Of a DNA stretch of 64,000 bases, positions 14,150 to 29,699 are shown in pieces. Source of the DNA: Octopus vulgaris (Eukaryota); contig OX597836.1 of assembly GCA_951406725.2 (NCBI GenBank), positions 46,252,001 through 46,316,000 on the forward strand, written 5' to 3'. The notes beneath the pieces are model-generated. The model was not told where the DNA came from, searched no databases, and saw only the letters and a list, made by a program, of their open reading frames with translations. Numbering within the stretch: position 1 is the first letter of the stretch; each line of letters starts with the position of its first letter. A program made the position numbers and the translations under genes.

Positions 14150-15360
14150 TAATACCCTCAGACCCCTTTTAAATTGTTCCTTTCTATAACCAGTCCCACA
14201 TACGTTCTCCAACAACTTCAGTTGTTGAAACATTGATTTGATTGTCGTTCATTACCCAGTAGTGCTTCTTAATGTCCCTTTTGGACTTCTTGTTTTGTTT
14301 TGTTACTTTGCTTTTTCTTCTTCTTTTTCCTACTTTCAATATGATCTCATCTCTAACTGCCACTAACAATGTTTCCTCTCTTTGGGCTAGATATCTCAAC
14401 AAGTTCCCATGTTCAATATGCATGCAGTCTTCCACAGTTATCAGCCACCTTCCTCCATTTGTTCTTTTCATCTACAAACGATCAATGCCTGCACGTGGGT
14501 GATCAATGTCCTCACGCAAGGTAAGGAGCTTTCTTGTCTTTCTATCCAAATCTTTTACTCATCCTCTGTCCGCTTCAGAATTCCAGCTCCACACTGAACC
14601 ACTGCAACTGCGCGCCAGTTTATTGCCGAAATTACGTTTCTGGAATTCAACTTTGAATCCAATACCTTTCTCAATTGCCGCGGGTACTGTTTCTTTGTCT
14701 TTCCTCTCATATCATCATGCTTAATTCCATCTGTCTCAAGTATTCCCAAGAATTTATATTCGGATTCAGGTTCACTTGCCTTCATCATTTCACCACTTGA
14801 CATAATATACCGCCTCTTCTGACCTTTCTCGTCTCATCACTAACACAGCACGTTTTGAAAGTCCAAACTTCATCTTGATGTTGAGAAAATCTGCCTCACT
14901 TTCTGTGAACACCAAATCATCCATAAATAGCATAAACGCTTTCCTTTACCACTTCCAAGATCATACCCCAACTTCCGCAGTATTACACTCAAGGGAATTA
15001 TTCCCAACACAAAAACCAATGGGGATACACTATACCCCTGGAAGATTCCTCCCCTAATTTTCACTTTTCCAAACAGCTGACTCCCTGCTCTCAATCCAGT
15101 TTTCTAAGATTTCTTACTGTTCCATATAAGGTTTGTCATGTTTTCTGCTTCTCCAATACATTTCCCTAATTCTTGTTATCCAAGAGTGTCATATCATATC
15201 ATATAAGCTTTACGATAATCAAACCATGCCCTGCTCAGATTTGTGTGCCTTTTCTTGCAGTTTCTGATGATTAGCTTATCAGTTAACAGCTGATCTTTCG
15301 TTCGCCGTCTTTTCTTTCGACACACGATCTGTTCAATCGGTAGCTCCCCATTTTATTCTA
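14150..15360 (-). mobile_element. Degenerate R4/Dong LINE RT fragment
   Basis: GIFQGYSVSPLVFVL, YKFLGILE, KLNSRNVISAINWRAVAV in broken frames. Confidence 0.85.
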
Positions 15361-17986
15361 ATTATCCAAACAATTCACCGGGGACCCCCCCCTTCTCTCT
15401 CCTGTTGCTTTCTGTTAAATCTCCCTTCTGAAATAGAGCAAGAACAGAATCTATTCTTCTTCTTTACGGTTTATGCTTTTATCTGACGCCTACCAATATC
15501 TCTCAGATTGGGAGTGTTTGATCCTGGTCTTCTCAAATATTTCGGCACATTGTCTTGTTGATTATCATCGTACCCTTGTAATATAGTCCCCTCCCCTCAT
15601 TATTACTGCTTCATTTGTTGAGCATGTATTTACACCTTGTCCTACATCTTCACTGCCATTAATATTGCTATTATTATATGAAAACTCTCAGCTTATTTTA
15701 CTGGGTATGGTGGAAAGTGTCAGCCGTCCACAGCCAGCAGACTAAGGTGATACTTGTTTACTGGTCATGCTTCAAGAACCCTGTGAAGAATTCTTGCAGT
15801 TCCAAGCAATGCTAATTTTTGTAGGTATTCTACCTTCACACTTACACCGATCATTTTCAACCATGTTGGTAGTTGAGTGCTGATACTTCCAACTGCACCA
15901 ATTACAATTAGTATCACATCTACTCTCTTCATTGACCACAACCTTTGTATTTCCCACTTCAAATCGTCATAGTTGTTAATTTTTTACTTCTTTCTCTTTG
16001 ATCCTGTTGTCAACAAGGCATGCTATGTCGGTTATCATACATGTTCTTTCTTTTTTATTCACCACAACAACTTCCGGTTTCCGATGTCTGGTCGGATGAT
16101 CGCACTACATAATTACATCTCACAGGATTTTGCAATTCTCATTTTCGGTGACTCCTGGGGATTGTTCATACCACATCTATGCTCTTTGTAGACCGTGATT
16201 TCCATGCAGCCACATTCTCGTGGCGTCGTTTGTATTCGTGTTGTGCCAATTTGAGGCATTCGCTAACGATGTGCCATACCATTTCACACCCCTCACCATC
16301 CATTCTGCATTTGTCGATATCGGTAGGGTTGTCTATTCTGCACTTCATATAGTTGGTCCTTAATGCTTGTTCCTGAGCTGCGCATATAAATGCTTCTGTC
16401 TCTATCTTCAGGTCACTCCTCCTCATCCATAGCCACCGGTCCTCTGTATCTGTCTTGGCGTTCACATTTCTTGCAAACTGACCGTGCATTTTTCCCTTCC
16501 ATGCTTTTTCTTTTCTTTTTTCTTGTTCATTTTTTGTTTAAATTTTTCTTTACACAACTTCCAGTTTTGATTATGCCGGCCTTCTTCTTCGTGTGTTTCA
16601 ACAGTGGATCCACGGCATTTTTTATATACCACCCTAGGCTGTTCTCCTCTGCTTCGATACAGACCTGGAAACTCATCAAACCTCTCCCACCCTTTCTTCT
16701 CGGCAAGTGCAGCCTATCGGTGTCACTCTTAGGGTGGAAAGCTCCGTATACTGTCAACATTTTTCTGGTCTTGGTATCCATTTTCTTCATTTCTCTCTTT
16801 TGCCATTCTATAATTCCCGCTCCATACCGAAGTGATGCTATCGCCCACGTATTAACTACTTGAACTTTATTCCATCCAATCAATTTCTGAGCGCAACACC
16901 AACCTCAGTCTTCGGAAATATTCCATCCTCAGTTGCTCTTTCATTTCCTTTTCCATTATCTCGTTGAATTCCAGTACATTAAGGTATTTATATCCTTTCG
17001 TTTCAATTTGTTTTATTAAGTCTCTATTAGGTAATTCTATCCCTGCTAAAGACTGTACCTCGCCTCTTTTTAGGTAGAATATTCCGCACTTCTTGAGTCC
17101 AAATTCCATTCTAATACCAATACTAAAACAGTGGACCGTGTTCACCAAGGAACTCACTTTTGTCTCATCTTTGCCATACAGTTTCAAATAATCCATGATG
17201 AGGAGGTGGTTGATTGCCCCAGATTAGTTGGTACCCCAGATTCATTTAAGGTTAAGGGTGTCATGCAGAGAACAAAAAGAAACTGAGTTAGGCTATCACC
17301 CTGGAAAATCCCTCTTCAGATACCCAGGGTGTCCAAGCTTTTTCCGTACGATGTCAGTTTGGTTTTCCGTCCTACCATACTTCTCTTCAGGTAACACGTT
17401 ACATTCCTCGCAGTTCCAAACCAATCTAATCACTCAATGATCCACGAATATGGAATCATATAATAAGTTTTGCGATAATCAATCCAGGCCATTCCCAGAT
17501 TTGTTCTCCTTCGCTTACGATCTTGCATTACTATTTTGTTTATCAATAGTTGATCTTTCGTACCTTTACATCTCCTTCTACAGCCATTTTGTTCCGGCGG
17601 TAGTATATCGTTCTCATCAAGAAAGACATTTCAGAAATTCTCCACGGTCGTTTATTTCCTCTTCTATCCGTCACTGTTCTATTCTTAGTAGCTCTCAATT
17701 CCATCTTTTCGGTCACAATCCTTCTAGCAGCCTTGATAAGATTATTTATTTGTGTGATGTCCTTTGTTTCAATACATTATTGACTTTACTTGTCTCTTGA
17801 TTTAGTCTCCATTGGTTAACCTTCTTAAAGTCGCACATAAATTCTGTCCCTCCTGTATTTAATAGATCCAAAATTCTGTCTATTATTAATCGATCGCTCA
17901 TTGTTTGAGTAGTCACTGATCTCAATTCTTTCACACTTTACGGTATTATATTCTTGCGAACACCTGTCCGTTTCTTCCACTATACC

Positions 17987-18178
17987 TATTTCTTTATTAC
18001 CCACAAGGGGCTAAACATAGAGGGGACAAACAAGGACAGACATAGGTATTAAGTCGATTACATCAACCCCAGTGCGTAACTGGTACTTAATTTATCGACC
18101 CCGAAAGGATGAAAGGCAAAGTCGACCTCGGCGGAATTTGAACTCAGAACGTAATGGCAGGCGAAATACCGCTAAGCA
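17987..18178 (-). mobile_element. SINE family B, 5'-truncated, 16 bp TSD
   Basis: TSD tttcttccactatacc at 17971-17986 and 18179-18194. Confidence 0.9.
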
Positions 18179-18605
18179 TTTCTTCCACTATACCACTTTC
18201 GTTTCTCGCACGCCCAGCATCATCCGATATCCTTCTTCATTAGCTTCTATCTCCAATTCTGTTAACCACCCATTCTTTTGTATTGCTCTTGTTTGGTCAC
18301 ACAATCTCTGTTCAGTAATTTCAAGCAGTTTCATTGCCTTCCATTCACTGTGCATTCGTTTTCTGTACCCCCTGACAGGTGTTATTCGCATCCACTGGGG
18401 CGCTCCGGTAGTAACAATCTATAACCATCATGTTTACTCCACTTAGGCCTTGTAGCATGGCTAGCAAAGGCTGGATTACGACCGGGTCCACCCTGTCGCA
18501 CAGCGGGGCACCTTCCAGGTGTGGCACCTGTCAGGTGTGGCTCCTTCACCATTGGTTCCAGTCCCGTTCACACTGTTATCGTCATTTATTTTGCTTGGTA
18601 TTTCC

Positions 18606-18837
18606 TATTTCTTTATTACCCACAAGGGGCTGAACATAGAGGGGACAAACATGGACAGACATAGGTATTAAGTCGATTATATCGACCCCAGTGCTTAACT
18701 GGTACTTAATTTATCGACCCCGAAAGGATGAAAGGCAAAGTCGACCTCGGCGGAATTTGAACTCACAACGTAACGGCAGACGAAATACCGCTAAGCATTT
18801 CGCCCGGCGTGCTAACGTTTCTGCTAGCTCGCCGCCT
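18606..18837 (-). mobile_element. SINE family B, full length, 17 bp TSD
   Basis: TSD ttttgcttggtatttcc at 18589-18605 and 18838-18854. Confidence 0.92.
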
Positions 18838-19202
18838 TTTTGCTTGGTATTTCCACTCACAAATGAGGTGTGTTTTTAGGTTACTACAAACCGGTATTTT
18901 TATCGAGACACCATCTCTATCAAGGATACATGCTCCCTTGGTTTTGAACTCAGAGTGTTCTTTCCCATCATCATTGTCGTCATCGTCATTATTATGGCGG
19001 TCGGGATAATCAGAATGTGTGGGGTTCCTCGGTTGTCCCAGTGAGGAACTTCTCCTTTTGGGGTATTTTTATTGCTTAATCGTATTGTTAACTGCCATTA
19101 TTATTTTATTATTTACTCGATTTTATGTTAAACCTCACGTATCTCCAGTCTTGTATTGTCCCTATTTGTTTGTTTTCGGCCTTCGTGGCCAATAAAGAAA
19201 CG

Positions 19203-19267
<65 letters not shown>

Positions 19268-19271
19268 TATC

Positions 19272-19316
<45 letters not shown>

Positions 19317-19950
19317 GTGTGAATATACGAAGCCCAAAATACCCATCATAACTACCCGTCTGATAAGGGTACACCAGCCACATGCATGACATGGTGATCT
19401 CATATCTAGATAAACAGCACATGACCTTATAGGTGGGGCCTATTGAGAATTTTCTTCAAATCGAGTAGCTCATCCTGTTCAAAAGGTCCCTGAATAAGGA
19501 TTGTTTAAGGATGTTGAAAGAACCACCCATGTTTCCAAAGGTGAATTATTCAAACTGCAAAGAATCCCTCTCAACACACGGCTATGATGCTCCCCCACTG
19601 CTTCTGCTCGTGATCAGAGATGCACATATCGTCAGCCACTAAGGGACATGCTCAACTGGTTAAGGCCAAACAACTGACAAGCAAATCTGTGGTATGGAGC
19701 AGAATATTTGCTGTAGCCCATCTTTTATACCAAGACAAAAGAATGTACATGATAACACTTCCAATTCGTTAAGATCAGAAGCCATGAGAGCCACTGCCTG
19801 GGACTGCATCAGGGCATTTATTATTATTATTATTATTATTATTGTTCTTGTTCTTGTTATTATTGAGTGTGAGAGCAGTGGATGCCATCGAAGTGACAAA
19901 TATACGAAGCCCAATCATGACTACCCGTCTCACAAGGGTGCATCAGGCAC
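19317..19950 (-). mobile_element. Family D copy (19317-19818) plus an internally deleted copy (19865-19950)
   Basis: Matches 11774-12329; TAT-flanked. Confidence 0.85.
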
Positions 19951-19996
19951 TATTATTATTACCATGTATACACAAGTATATGTAGCACATGAATAC

Positions 19997-21049
<1,053 letters not shown>

Positions 21050-21050
21050 A

Positions 21051-21354
21051 AGGCACAATGGCCCAGTGGTTAGGGCAGCGGACTCGCGGTCGTAGGGTCG
21101 CTATTTCGATTCCCAGATCGGGCGTTGTGAGTGTTTATTGAGCGAAAACACCTAAAGCTCCACGAGTCTCCGACAGGGGTTGGTGGTGAACCCTGCTGTA
21201 CTCTTTCACCACAACTTTCTCTCGCTCTTTCTTCTGTTGGCCTGCTCACTTAGCCAACGGGGTGGCGTCATTTGAAGGCTAAAACAATGCGAAGCGCATT
21301 GTGACCAGCGATGTGTAGCAACATCTGATAGCCTGGTCGGTCACGGTGATAACA

Positions 21355-21358
<4 letters not shown>
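21051..21358 (+). mobile_element. tRNA-derived SINE family C (tRNA-Arg-like head), tail type 1
   Basis: ggcacaatggcccagtggttagggcagcggactcgcgg..ttcgattccc head; body shared with the 27121 and 43715 copies. Confidence 0.85.
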
Positions 21359-21396
<38 letters not shown>

Positions 21397-21698
21397 TATA
21401 TAGATATATATAGATATATAGATATATAGATAGATAGATAGATAGATACACACACACATATACACACAACCCTACATACATATATATTATGTGTGTGTGT
21501 GTGATACAATGTCTTTGCCACAGATGATACAAACCGCTTCGTTTCAATAGATTGAGACACAATAATAGCTGAGAGTTATTTGGTTTAGGGAAATGCGCAG
21601 GTAGTGAGGTACAGACGAGTAGGAGAGAAACGGGAAGAGTGGGAGAGAAAGGGGAAGCAGGAGTGCGACGGTGGTTATGGAGAGGTCATATATATATA

Positions 21699-21729
<31 letters not shown>

Positions 21730-21895
21730 GAAGAGAGAGAGAGAAAGAGAGAGTGAGTGAGTGAGTGAGAGATGTGTTGCTGTGTTGGCAAGCACATTAT
21801 ATTTGTATACAACCTCTCAAAACCCGTCATTCTTCATAAACTGACGTGTATATATATTAATGGAGATGTGTGAGGACTGACCTCTCTATATATAG

Positions 21896-21943
<48 letters not shown>

Positions 21944-22064
21944 GCACGCACGCACGCACGCACGCACACATACACGTAAATAGCAGGATATAATTGACCT
22001 TTGTATAAGGAAAATAATTTCTTTAGTTATTACAGCTTATTATTCATGCTCTCCTTATCTATCA

Positions 22065-22111
<47 letters not shown>

Positions 22112-22210
22112 TTATCTGTCTGTCTGTGTCTCTATCTGTCTCTATATCTATATCCCTCTCTGTCGATCTATCTATCGATCTATATTGATAAATAGATAGA
22201 TCGATAGATC

Positions 22211-22244
<34 letters not shown>

Positions 22245-22249
22245 CAGAC

Positions 22250-22283
<34 letters not shown>

Positions 22284-22284
22284 G

Positions 22285-22335
<51 letters not shown>

Positions 22336-22600
22336 CTTTGTATATTTAACTCTCTCTCTCCTTCTCTCTCCGTCTGTCTGTCTATCTATCCATTTGTCTG
22401 TATATACACGCAAGCTCATATTTATATACACATATTTAAATTACACCTGTGTGCGTGTGTATGCCTGTGCGTATAGTGCGTGCTCGTGTATAATTATTTC
22501 TACGCAGCTGTAAATATATAACCACAATTGACGTGGAAACAGCACGTACAAGTATCGCTAACCATCACACTCACGCACGCACACACACACACACACAAAT

Positions 22601-22669
<69 letters not shown>

Positions 22670-23041
22670 CACACACACAAAACTACACACGCAAACACAC
22701 ACCATCTCACACACACACACACACACACACATCCTCTTACCATTATCTCCATGTTTGATGCTTCTCTCTGTTGTATGCCTTTCATTTTGTTTCACCCTCT
22801 CCGTCTCTCCGCCGCCTCCTTGTCGCTTTCTTCATCTCCCCTCTCCGTCTCTCCGCTCTCCTCCTCCTCATCCTCTCTCTCTCCGCTCTCCTCCTCCTCC
22901 TCCTCCTCCTCTCTCTCTCTCTCTCTCGCTCTCTCTATCGTTCTCCCTAAGGAGGAGAATAACAATAGAAAACAAATATAATAGATGGCTATCTCTCATT
23001 AGTAATAAAGACACACACACACACACACGTACACACACACG

Positions 23042-23082
<41 letters not shown>

Positions 23083-23367
23083 TCACACATACAAACACTT
23101 ATATACACACACTGGCGCACATAAACACACACATACGTTCAAACACACACAAACACACGCACACATACGCTCACACATACGCTCACACATACACACATGC
23201 CTGCACACATAAACACATGCGTGCACACACATACACACAAGAAACACACAGACATATACACGCAAGCAACAAACATACCCCCCCACACACACACACAATC
23301 ACAGCCATGCTCTTACTGGCCCCCCCCTCACATGCAACACAAATCCGGAAAGGTTCATTTCGCCAAT

Positions 23368-23584
23368 ACTCTTTTACTCTTTTACTTGTTTCAGTCATTT
23401 GACTGCAGCCATGCTGGAGCACCGCCTTTAGTCGAGCAAATCGACCCCCAGAACTTATTCTTTGTAAGCCCAGTACTTATTCTATCGGTCTCTTTTACCG
23501 AACCGCTAAGTGACGGGGACGTAAACACACCAGCATCGGTTGTCAAGCAATGCTAGGGGGATAAACACAGACACACAAACATAT

Positions 23585-23615
<31 letters not shown>

Positions 23616-23807
23616 CATATATACGACAGGCTTCTTTCAGTTTCCGTCTACCAAATCCACTCACAAGGCATTGGTCGGCCCGGGGCTATAGCAGAAGACA
23701 CTTGCCCAAGATGCCACGCAGTGGGACTGAACCCGGAACCATGTTGTTGGTAAGCAAGCTACTTACCACACAGCCACTCCTGTGCCTACACACACACACA
23801 CACACAC

Positions 23808-23854
<47 letters not shown>

Positions 23855-24016
23855 GACGGGCTTCTTTCAGTTTCCGTCTACCAAATCCACTCACAAGGCA
23901 TTGGTCGGCCCGGGCCTATAGCAGAAGACACTTGCCCAAGATGCCACGCACTGGGACTGAACCCGGAACCATGTGGTTGGTAAGCAAGCTACTTACCACT
24001 CAGCCACTCCTGCGCC
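23368..24016 (-). mobile_element. SINE family A full copy (23368-23786) with a duplicated 5' module (23853-24016)
   Basis: Two tandem head modules separated by (CA)n(TA)n. Confidence 0.9.
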
Positions 24017-24348
24017 GATGTTCATTAGCAAAACAATTAGTGCCCCAGACATAAGTTTCCACTAAAATAACACCAGAGACAAAAAATCACATTTAATGAA
24101 TGAGTGTTGATGACCTTCAGGACTATTATTTCGCTAAATAAATAAGAAAATCCAGTCAATGGAAAAAATCCACAAAGGAATTGAAAGAACGTTTCCAAAT
24201 GGCGTTCCAAATTTTGGTAATATTTCAAAAACGTCAAACATAGAAACTGATTTTAGATAAAACACAAACCACATCCTGTCTCTTCATGGAGCTTCATGGA
24301 TTGGCATCGAGTGCACATCCCCCACTCTCTCATTCTCTCCTTCTCTCT

Positions 24349-24436
<88 letters not shown>

Positions 24437-24444
<8 letters not shown>

Positions 24445-24594
24445 GAAGGAGCTTCTACAGGACTAGAACTGTTTCATTCAAGAGAAATCTTCAGGAAGTC
24501 CTGTAGAAGCTCCTTCTATATAATAAATTAATTTTACTCTGCTATGTATTGAGTACCTTATTTACTGTGGTTAACCCCGAATCAACCCGGGACC

Positions 24595-24597
<3 letters not shown>
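24437..24597. mobile_element. TA-flanked Penelope-like terminal fragment: 28 bp inverted repeat enclosing a minus-strand hammerhead motif (24465-24497)
   Basis: attatatagaaggagcttctacaggact and its reverse complement; loop, minus strand: CTGAAGA-tttc tctt gaat-GAAA-cagtt. Confidence 0.7.
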
Positions 24598-24654
<57 letters not shown>

Positions 24655-24851
24655 CAAATTAGAGATAAAACCACTATTTGGCATATCAAACAGTGAAAAT
24701 CATAAGCCAATACATAGAAATAAAATTAATTTAAAAAATATAAAATATGAATATAAAAAAATATAAAATTCCAAATTAAAATATTTAAATTAAAGTTAAA
24801 ATTTAAAAAATTAAATCTAATTTTTCCCTGTAAGTTTGGATTTACTCCCTA

Positions 24852-24904
<53 letters not shown>

Positions 24905-25203
24905 TATATATTGCCTTCGAAACGTGGAGTAGTTGAGACAGGAACAACTGAAGAAGGAGAATATTCTTCATGTTGTATGTCTCGTTTTTCTTCTTGTTTT
25001 TCGTTGTTCGAAAAAAAGTTCGTTTCTATGTTTTTGCTTTTATGTTTTCGTTTCTCATTGTGTTCAACGTTTCTTGATGCCCTGTAGCCATATATGCATG
25101 TATATATACATATATATGTAGGTATGCACATATATGTATGTATATATGCATATTTTTATATAGTATTTATATTATATTATATTATATATATATATTATAT
25201 ATT

Positions 25204-25284
<81 letters not shown>

Positions 25285-25547
25285 TTATAGAGACAGACAA
25301 CAGACAGCCACTCCTATAAAAATTCTTACTATAAATTCTTCCTTTGACCTTAAGTGACACTAAGCCCAACCATACACATACATAAACAGCCACAGCCTCA
25401 CACACACACGCACACACACACACACACTCACCCACATACAGGTGCTATCATTATACACACACACACACAGAGACTTGCACGCACGCACATACCCACACGT
25501 ACCTCCTTGTCTTGCACTCTCCTGTCTTAGACAGAACTTTTTCCTAT

Positions 25548-25582
25548 ATTTCTGATGAAGAGCTCCGCTCGAAACGTGAAAT
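25548..25582 (+). ncRNA. Minimal type I hammerhead motif with a non-cleavable GUG triplet
   Basis: attt-CTGATGA-a-gagc tcc gctc-GAAA-c-GTG-aaat. Confidence 0.7.
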
Positions 25583-25880
25583 CCTCTCTCTTTTCTTTCC
25601 GTTCAATAACACTGTACTTCTTCCACGTCCTCGTGCTATTGTTTTTTCTTGCTTGTTCATATTTGGATTGATTATATGTATATATATATATATATATTGG
25701 GTATGGTAGATGAGTTCAGCAAAAAATTAGACTCAGATGAATATGATACTTAAGCTGAGGCATCAGAATTTAGTACGGTATTATCCATACAATTTCAAAG
25801 TAAGGTGATCAAAATCATAATAAGCAACAAGGATATCCAGAGGTAATGCAGCATCCTTTTTACTTATTTTTATATGTATA

Positions 25881-25935
25881 GGCGCAGGAGTGGCTGTATG
25901 GTAAGTAGCTTGCTTACCAACCACATGGTACCGGG
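25881..25935 (+). mobile_element. SINE family A head fragment
   Basis: ggcgcaggagtggctgtatggtaagtagcttgc. Confidence 0.8.
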
Positions 25936-26394
25936 ACGTCCTACGTCCCAGATATAAAGGTAAAAATAAAATATTTGCACTTTGCAAGTTCGAGTACTCC
26001 CTTGCACGCTCCGTTGACTCGAACCTTCTATTGTGGCGAATTTACTGCTTCTGTTTAGATATCTTTCATAGTCGCACCAAGACACTTTTCGATGGTGCTT
26101 TCCTCCAGGTGTTTAAATCTTTTTTCTCTACATTGTATACTTTATAGACAATAGTCTTTTCTTTAATTTAATTTGTTATTATCCATCTGGACTATTCCAT
26201 TTCTGCACGCTAATTTTATTTTTAATTTATTCCCATTCATGTGAAACCACTTATTCAAGTTCAAGTCATTGATGCAATTTTATACCAATTGCTATTTTTA
26301 CTTTTGTTATGTTACGATTATATTATACTTTAGTTTGATTTTAATTATTACTTACTACATATAATTCAATTGTTATTATTATTTTTATTGTTAA

Positions 26395-26624
26395 AGTGAA
26401 AGCATCTGACATAAAATAGAGAAATGTTTTTGTTTCACTTTTAATACGTAATACTGAAATAGTGGAGAAGATATGATATTGCTATGGGCTCGCTCTAGGC
26501 AAGAAGTTGAACATTTTTTTTGCTCATGAAACTACATAGACCCTAAGTAAGGCATGTGTAAAATTTGAATGAAATTGGTTGTGTAGTTCTCAAGTATTAG
26601 GGAAACACACAGACATACAGACAG

Positions 26625-26670
<46 letters not shown>

Positions 26671-26715
26671 GGACAGACAGACACACATTCTCAGTTTCAT
26701 ATATATATATATATA
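26395..26715 (+). mobile_element. Helitron-type non-autonomous element with internal (CAGA)n
   Basis: catgtgtaaaatttgaatgaaattgg..(caga)n..cattctcagtttcatatatata layout typical of non-autonomous Helitron-like repeats; family not verified. Confidence 0.5.
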
Positions 26716-27120
26716 TTTATATGATATATTTAACATAAGGATACATTAAGGTGTCTATCCGCTAGAAATGAGAGTTAAAACCCTCATTTGGACCACCAAA
26801 AAATTTACACTGAAAATAACAGATTCAACCGTATACGAGCAAGCGGATCAAGAAAAAATCTCTCACATACCTATATAGCATAAAGCTATATCTTAAATGG
26901 TACAATTATATATGTGAACCGGTTTCTGGTTTGATACAGAAATCCTACCTTGTTCAGCACATCTTAACCCTTTGAAAACGCCATCTCAATCCGCCACGTT
27001 GAAATCTGCTGGCGTCCTTAATTGCTTAGCGCCAAAATGCGGATAGCCTCAGTGTAAAAAGTACTAATTCTATGGCTATATAATGCTGATTTAGGCCTGC
27101 AACCACCTATATTAATATTA

Positions 27121-27488
27121 GGAGGCGCAATGGCCCAGTGGTTAGGGCAGCGGACTCGCGGTCATAGGATCGCGGTTTCGATTCCCAGACCGGGCGTTGT
27201 GAGTGTTTATTGAGCGAAAACACCTAAAGCTCCACGAGGCTCCGGCAGGGGATGGTGGTGATCCCTGCTGTACTCTTTCACCACAACTTTCTCTCACTCT
27301 TACTTCCTGTTTCTCTTGTACCTGTATTTCAAAGGGCCGGCTTTGTCTATCCCCAAGAACTACGTTTAGGGTACACGTGTCTGTGGAGTGCTCAGCCACT
27401 TACACGTTAATTTCACGAGCAGGCTGTTCCGTTGATTCGGATCAACCGGAACCCTCGTCGTCGTAACCGACGGAGTGCTTCCACCATC
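27121..27488 (+). mobile_element. SINE family C, tail type 2
   Basis: Same head and body as 21051; probable TSD tattaatatt at 27110 and 27491. Confidence 0.87.
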
Positions 27489-27605
27489 CTTATTAATATT
27501 GTTGTTATTATCAACTATTTGTATTGCCTTCAATAATAATAATATTAATATTTATATAAATATTCGCTTCTGAATATTTTTGCTGCTGATATATATATGT
27601 ATGTA

Positions 27606-27815
27606 TACGAGGGGGTCCTGAAAAGTTCCTGGCTGTAAGGGTATCGCGAAAGGCCATGATGACGGTTCAAACGTCCGAGTTCTTTTACAGGGCTTAGAAA
27701 AACTGAAGGACCGCTGCAATAAGTGTGTGAATCTGATACAGGAATATGTTGCATAAAATCATAATTGACTGATCCTCCTGTATTTTCTTTTACTCAAAGT
27801 CAGGAACTTTTCGTA
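27606..27815 (+). mobile_element. Mariner-derived MITE
   Basis: TA-flanked, TIR gaaaagttcctg/caggaacttttc, internal transposase C-terminus GLEKLKDRCNKCVNLIQEYVA*. Confidence 0.8.
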
Positions 27816-28049
27816 TATACAATATAAGAAAAAGGGATTACACAGGAAAAGCGGTGTTTTAGCTATAACATGCAGTGGACTCGAAGTTGAGTGCTTGAAT
27901 AACATCCTATGGCTTCATTGGAGCCTCGAATATGAATGCAATATATATGGAAAAAAGAATTACATTGTGCAATACATCAGGGAAAGCATTACCAGTGAGA
28001 AAATCATTGCTGATGTTTAGACTGTACAAAAAAAAAAAAAAGAGAAAAA

Positions 28050-28234
28050 AAAGACAGATGAGAGAACAACAAACAAGTTGTATTAGCTTGACACTCGGGA
28101 AAAACGGAAGAATCTTTGACGTTTCAAGCCTACGCTCTTCTAGAGAAAAAATGAAGAAAGAAAACATGGTGAGAGGTAAAACGAAGAGAGAGAGAGAGAA
28201 AAGAAAGTGCCCGGATTCGCAGTTTTACATGTTG

Positions 28235-28235
<1 letters not shown>
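28050..28235 (-). mobile_element. Short insert of the 5500/38280/61240 family with a degenerate hammerhead (28113-28148)
   Basis: Minus: ctctaga-a-gagc gtag gctt-GAAA-c-GTC-aaa; flanks homologous to the other copies. Confidence 0.6.
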
Positions 28236-28273
<38 letters not shown>

Positions 28274-28795
28274 ATACACACGTGTATTTGTGTAAGGTGT
28301 AAAAAGAACAAAGTCTTGCTGCTTGCTGTTGATTAAACACGATTATCACAAAGAGTCTTTCACGTTTATCAAATTTTTCATTGCTTTTTCATATTTTCCC
28401 CCACAAACCGAACTAAGCTAATTAACGTCTCCTAAACTAATTCATGAGTGTCTTTTGGACCAATTAATTACTGTCTCTTGAACACTGGAATATATTTTGT
28501 TATTAAATGGGATTTTATGAAACTATTAATATAATCGGAACTTTCTAAGATCAGGGAAACCAGATATTTCTATATTAAACGCATAACGTCTTTTGCTATT
28601 TGAATCATAACTTTGGATCTTGACAGGTGATATTGGTTTTCAATTTATTATCTGCTGAAGAGAGTGAACTTATGGCTCACTCAGAACAAGATATTCTGAA
28701 AATAACGAAATTCTTCTCCAGTGCATCTCCTGTTTTGGAACTTACAATAAACCAAAGTAGACTAAAAAAATTTGTTTAGTTATTACGGGAACGTA

Positions 28796-29682
28796 CAGGG
28801 TCCTCAGTCTTAATTTGACAGTCTGTATAAAGCGGAAACAAAACATGATATTCCATCCAAAAATAAAGTATTTTAAAATGTCAAAAAATGTCAACTGGGT
28901 TATGGCTGGAAGATAACAGTTCACTCAAAGTAGCCGTCCTCAGCTTCCGCTACGACCTCAAGACGTCTCTGGCGCATGCATTTCTCATTGTGTCGCTTGG
29001 AAGATCTTCGAACATCATCTTAATCTTGACCACCAGCTCAGTCTTGGAGTTGCAGACAGAGCAATTGGTGTTTTTTCTCAACTGCGTCCCGCACATAATA
29101 AACCAAGGAATTACAATTGGAGGAATTAAGAGACCAGAAATTAGGTCTGGTGAAGTTATAGAGATTTTCCGACAACCACTTCTGACCCTTTCTGGAGTCT
29201 ATGGCAAGGAGACGAATCCTGCTCCTACACGTATGGCCTTCCAGCAGCAGCAACCCTCTCCAGTTAGGGGTTTGCTACAGTCTTTAGCAGTTTCACATGG
29301 CCTTCTGAATTGATTTTAAGGCTCAGCCAATCAGTTATTGGATGATTTCCAGCATGTGGACGCAGTCAGCGCGCCTGCTATGTCTCTTCTTGCCGACTAC
29401 GGCTTCGTAGTCCTCTCCGTCGCAGCTGTCCATGTCGCATCTTACAGCCTTTACAATGCTCACAGAGCATTGAACAGCAGTCATGATGTCCGCATTTTGA
29501 TACTCGGCGCGAATCATCATAATGTAGGCAACTCTTCGCCCGTATTTATGTCAGCTAACTTTTTCTCAACCACATCTTCAATCTTTATGTTCTCCAACGC
29601 CGTTGACTCTTCACCAATACATCAAGCTGTTCCCAGAAAAAAAGTGACATAAAAAGTTGTCAAATGTAGCCCAAACGCCCTG
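28796..29682 (-). mobile_element. Internally deleted Tc1/mariner-superfamily DNA transposon
   Basis: TA-CAGGG..tttgaca termini at both ends; FWSLNSSNCNSLVYYV resembles the WPPNSPDLNPLDY motif. Confidence 0.7.
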
Positions 29683-29699
29683 TATTTGAAATCAAATGT

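Larger units (their letters stand above)
15670..19010 (-). mobile_element. Near full-length but decayed R4/Dong LINE with two nested SINE B insertions
   Basis: N-terminal [61 protein letters not shown]-x-C..HIVSEC knuckle, RPDI endonuclease, LLGTARILHRVLEA*. Confidence 0.9.

Noticed and set aside
27121-27195. tRNA gene
   Set aside because: The tRNA-like sequence is the head of a SINE, continuing into a repeated body; the acceptor stem is not intact.
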